Shown: one piece after another, positions 62,381 through 64,000 of the stretch
Layout: every line of letters begins with the position of its first letter
Numbering within the stretch: position 1 is the stretch's first letter
Source of the DNA: Candidatus Poribacteria bacterium
Lineage (GTDB): Bacteria; Poribacteria; WGA-4E; WGA-3G
Assembly (NCBI GenBank): GCA_963665235.2
Contig: CAXXLX010000001.1
Coordinates: 2,496,001 to 2,560,000, forward strand
Direction of reading: 5' to 3'
DNA: 64,000 nt
Program-made: the position numbers and the translations under genes
Notes under the pieces: model-generated
The model's database searches: none
What the model was told of the DNA's origin: nothing
Seen by the model: the letters and a program-made list of their open reading frames with translations, nothing else

Positions 62381-63340
62381 TCACCATTTAATTAAGACAC
62401 CGAGCGTATCCCCGGGGGCGTTCCAGAGCAAATCGAATGCTGCTTTCGCTTCCGTGTAATCGAAGCGGTGTGTAATCATATCAGATGCCCGGATGTCCCC
62501 GTTCTGTATCTTTTGTAACGCGCGCGCAGCGAGCTGTGAACGGGGTTCCGTTGTGAGGATACCCGCGACGAGACGTTTGCTCATCATCTTTGACGAATGT
62601 AGCGGTAGCGGTGCCTGCTGATAGAGTGCGATAAGTTGGATAATTCCGAACTGCCGGACCATATCCTGGGCCTGTTCAAACGATTTGACCCCGGCGTAAC
62701 CGCCGACACAATCTATCACGAGGTCCGCCCCTTTTCCATCGGTAAGGCGACGTACCGCCTGTATCGGGTCTTCCGCTTCAGCGTTTATTGCCATATCCGC
62801 GCCGAGGCGGGTTGACAGTTCACAGCGGAGTGGCAGTGCGTCAACCGTTATAACCTGCTTCGGGTTATAACTACGCATAACTTGCATCATCAAGCTGCCC
62901 ACTAAGCCCTGGCCCAAAACAACGATGGTATCCCCCGCTTTCACCCCGGACGAATCTGCCCAGGCGACTGCACTTGTGGCAAGCGGTAGGAAGGTGCCCT
63001 CCTCAAAAGAGACAGCATCGGAGAGCGGAACGAGGCGACCATCCGTTTCGTTTGGTTCAGCGACGACGTATTGGGCGTGAGGCGCAACCGCCATCACACG
63101 AGTGCCGAGCTCGTAGTTCGTTATATCTGCACCGATTGCATCTACGGTGCCTGTGAGAGAATAGCCCATGATTGATGGCGGGACCGCCTCTTCAAGGATG
63201 TATCGTCGAAAGAGTTCAGAGCCGCGGCTAATTAACGTTGTATCGGTTTTCACGCGAATCTGTTTCGGTGTTATTTCTGGTATCGGTACATCTTCTAATT
63301 GAATATTGCCGAATCCCTCCGGTTTGGTCACCCGTATCAT
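62381..63340 (-). CDS. MDR-family (zinc-binding type) dehydrogenase
   Basis: ISRGSE, MGYS, GQGLVG, GADLVID. Confidence 0.88.
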   Translation of the reverse strand: MIRVTKPEGFGNIQLEDVPIPEITPKQIRVKTDTTLISRGSELFRRYILEEAVPPSIMGYSLTGTVDAIGADITNYELGTRVMAVAPHAQYVVAEPNETDGRLVPLSDAVSFEEGTFLPLATSAVAWADSSGVKAGDTIVVLGQGLVGSLMMQVMRSYNPKQVITVDALPLRCELSTRLGADMAINAEAEDPIQAVRRLTDGKGADLVIDCVGGYAGVKSFEQAQDMVRQFGIIQLIALYQQAPLPLHSSKMMSKRLVAGILTTEPRSQLAARALQKIQNGDIRASDMITHRFDYTEAKAAFDLLWNAPGDTLGVLIKW

Positions 63341-63349
63341 TTTATTCTC

Positions 63350-64000
63350 CTATCTCTGTAAACGTTTGACTAAGTCAGCCCGCGTAACAGGTTTTTCGAA
63401 ATCCATGAGATAAATGTGAAACGACCCATCTCTATCAGAGACATACGCGAGGCTTCTGCTGTCCGGTGAAAACGTCGGTTGAATAGATACGCCGATGTCT
63501 CCGGTGAGTTTGCGTTCATTTTTCCCATCGGCATCGATGAGATAAATCTCCATGTCGCCATCCCTTGCGGAGACATACGCGATTGTTTTTCCATCCGGTG
63601 AGACGGCTGGCATATACGAGTCGTATCGTCCTGGTGTCAACTGCTTTTCGTTTTTTCCTTCTATGTCCATTGTATAGAGTTGATGGGCCTTCCCTCTTGA
63701 GGAGACGAAGGCAATCCGTTTTCCATCGGGAAAAAAGGTGGGGCTGCCGTCGTCGGTTTCGTTAGTGGTGAGTCGTTTTGGTGTGAGCTGTTCTGGCGTG
63801 ACTTTGGACAAATCAATCCGTGTAAAATCAAGCAGATATAATTCTAGGTTACCATCGGCATTTGATTCATAAATCACCTGATTTCCGGTCGGTGATGTGC
63901 GTGGCACGCGTGCGCCGAATTTAATTGGCAGTATTGCGTGCGTTGTTTTTCCGTAAATATGCGTCACGTTAAAACCGGCGAAAATTGGCGTTGACCCACT
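63350..64000 (-). CDS. TolB-like PD40 protein, 5' end probably beyond the window
   Basis: Repeated SPDG.IA.VS.RDG motifs. Confidence 0.85.
   Translation of the reverse strand, partial: SGSTPIFAGFNVTHIYGKTTHAILPIKFGARVPRTSPTGNQVIYESNADGNLELYLLDFTRIDLSKVTPEQLTPKRLTTNETDDGSPTFFPDGKRIAFVSSRGKAHQLYTMDIEGKNEKQLTPGRYDSYMPAVSPDGKTIAYVSARDGDMEIYLIDADGKNERKLTGDIGVSIQPTFSPDSRSLAYVSDRDGSFHIYLMDFEKPVTRADLVKRLQR

Overview
Bacterial chromosomal window with no rRNA, tRNA, CRISPR-Cas or prophage. The gene mix (PhyH dioxygenase, PD40/TolB repeats, CotH-lamin tail, DUF5069, TIR-TPR) and dense intergenic repeats suggest Candidatus Poribacteria (inference, not checked). Housekeeping content: an ECF sigma/anti-sigma/RseB-like module, Fe(III) ABC and TRAP transporter genes, groEL, grpE-dnaJ-prmA, purS, trpF, rfbB and a larA-like gene. 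Standouts: (1) a predicted outer-membrane barrel missed by the ORF track, with a signal peptide followed by two in-frame TGA codons in a U-G-A-U (CxxC-like) motif and a downstream hairpin, i.e. a candidate double-selenocysteine protein; (2) an Hsp70 fused to an N-terminal McrB/Mrr-type (EVE/PUA-like) domain and a C-terminal HEAT-like region, preceded by a GrpE-like gene and, 2.7 kb upstream, a beta-CASP nuclease, i.e. a candidate undescribed defence/conflict system; (3) a non-autonomous IS200/IS605 IsrB element with omega-RNA whose excision restores a split gene in frame next to an ATGA motif, and whose isrB gene carries two identical 24-bp in-frame micro-insertions; (4) several nested MITE/REP families, some abutting consensus promoters; (5) a TIR-TPR gene broken by one amber codon. 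All calls come from manual reading of the sequence; no database search was run.
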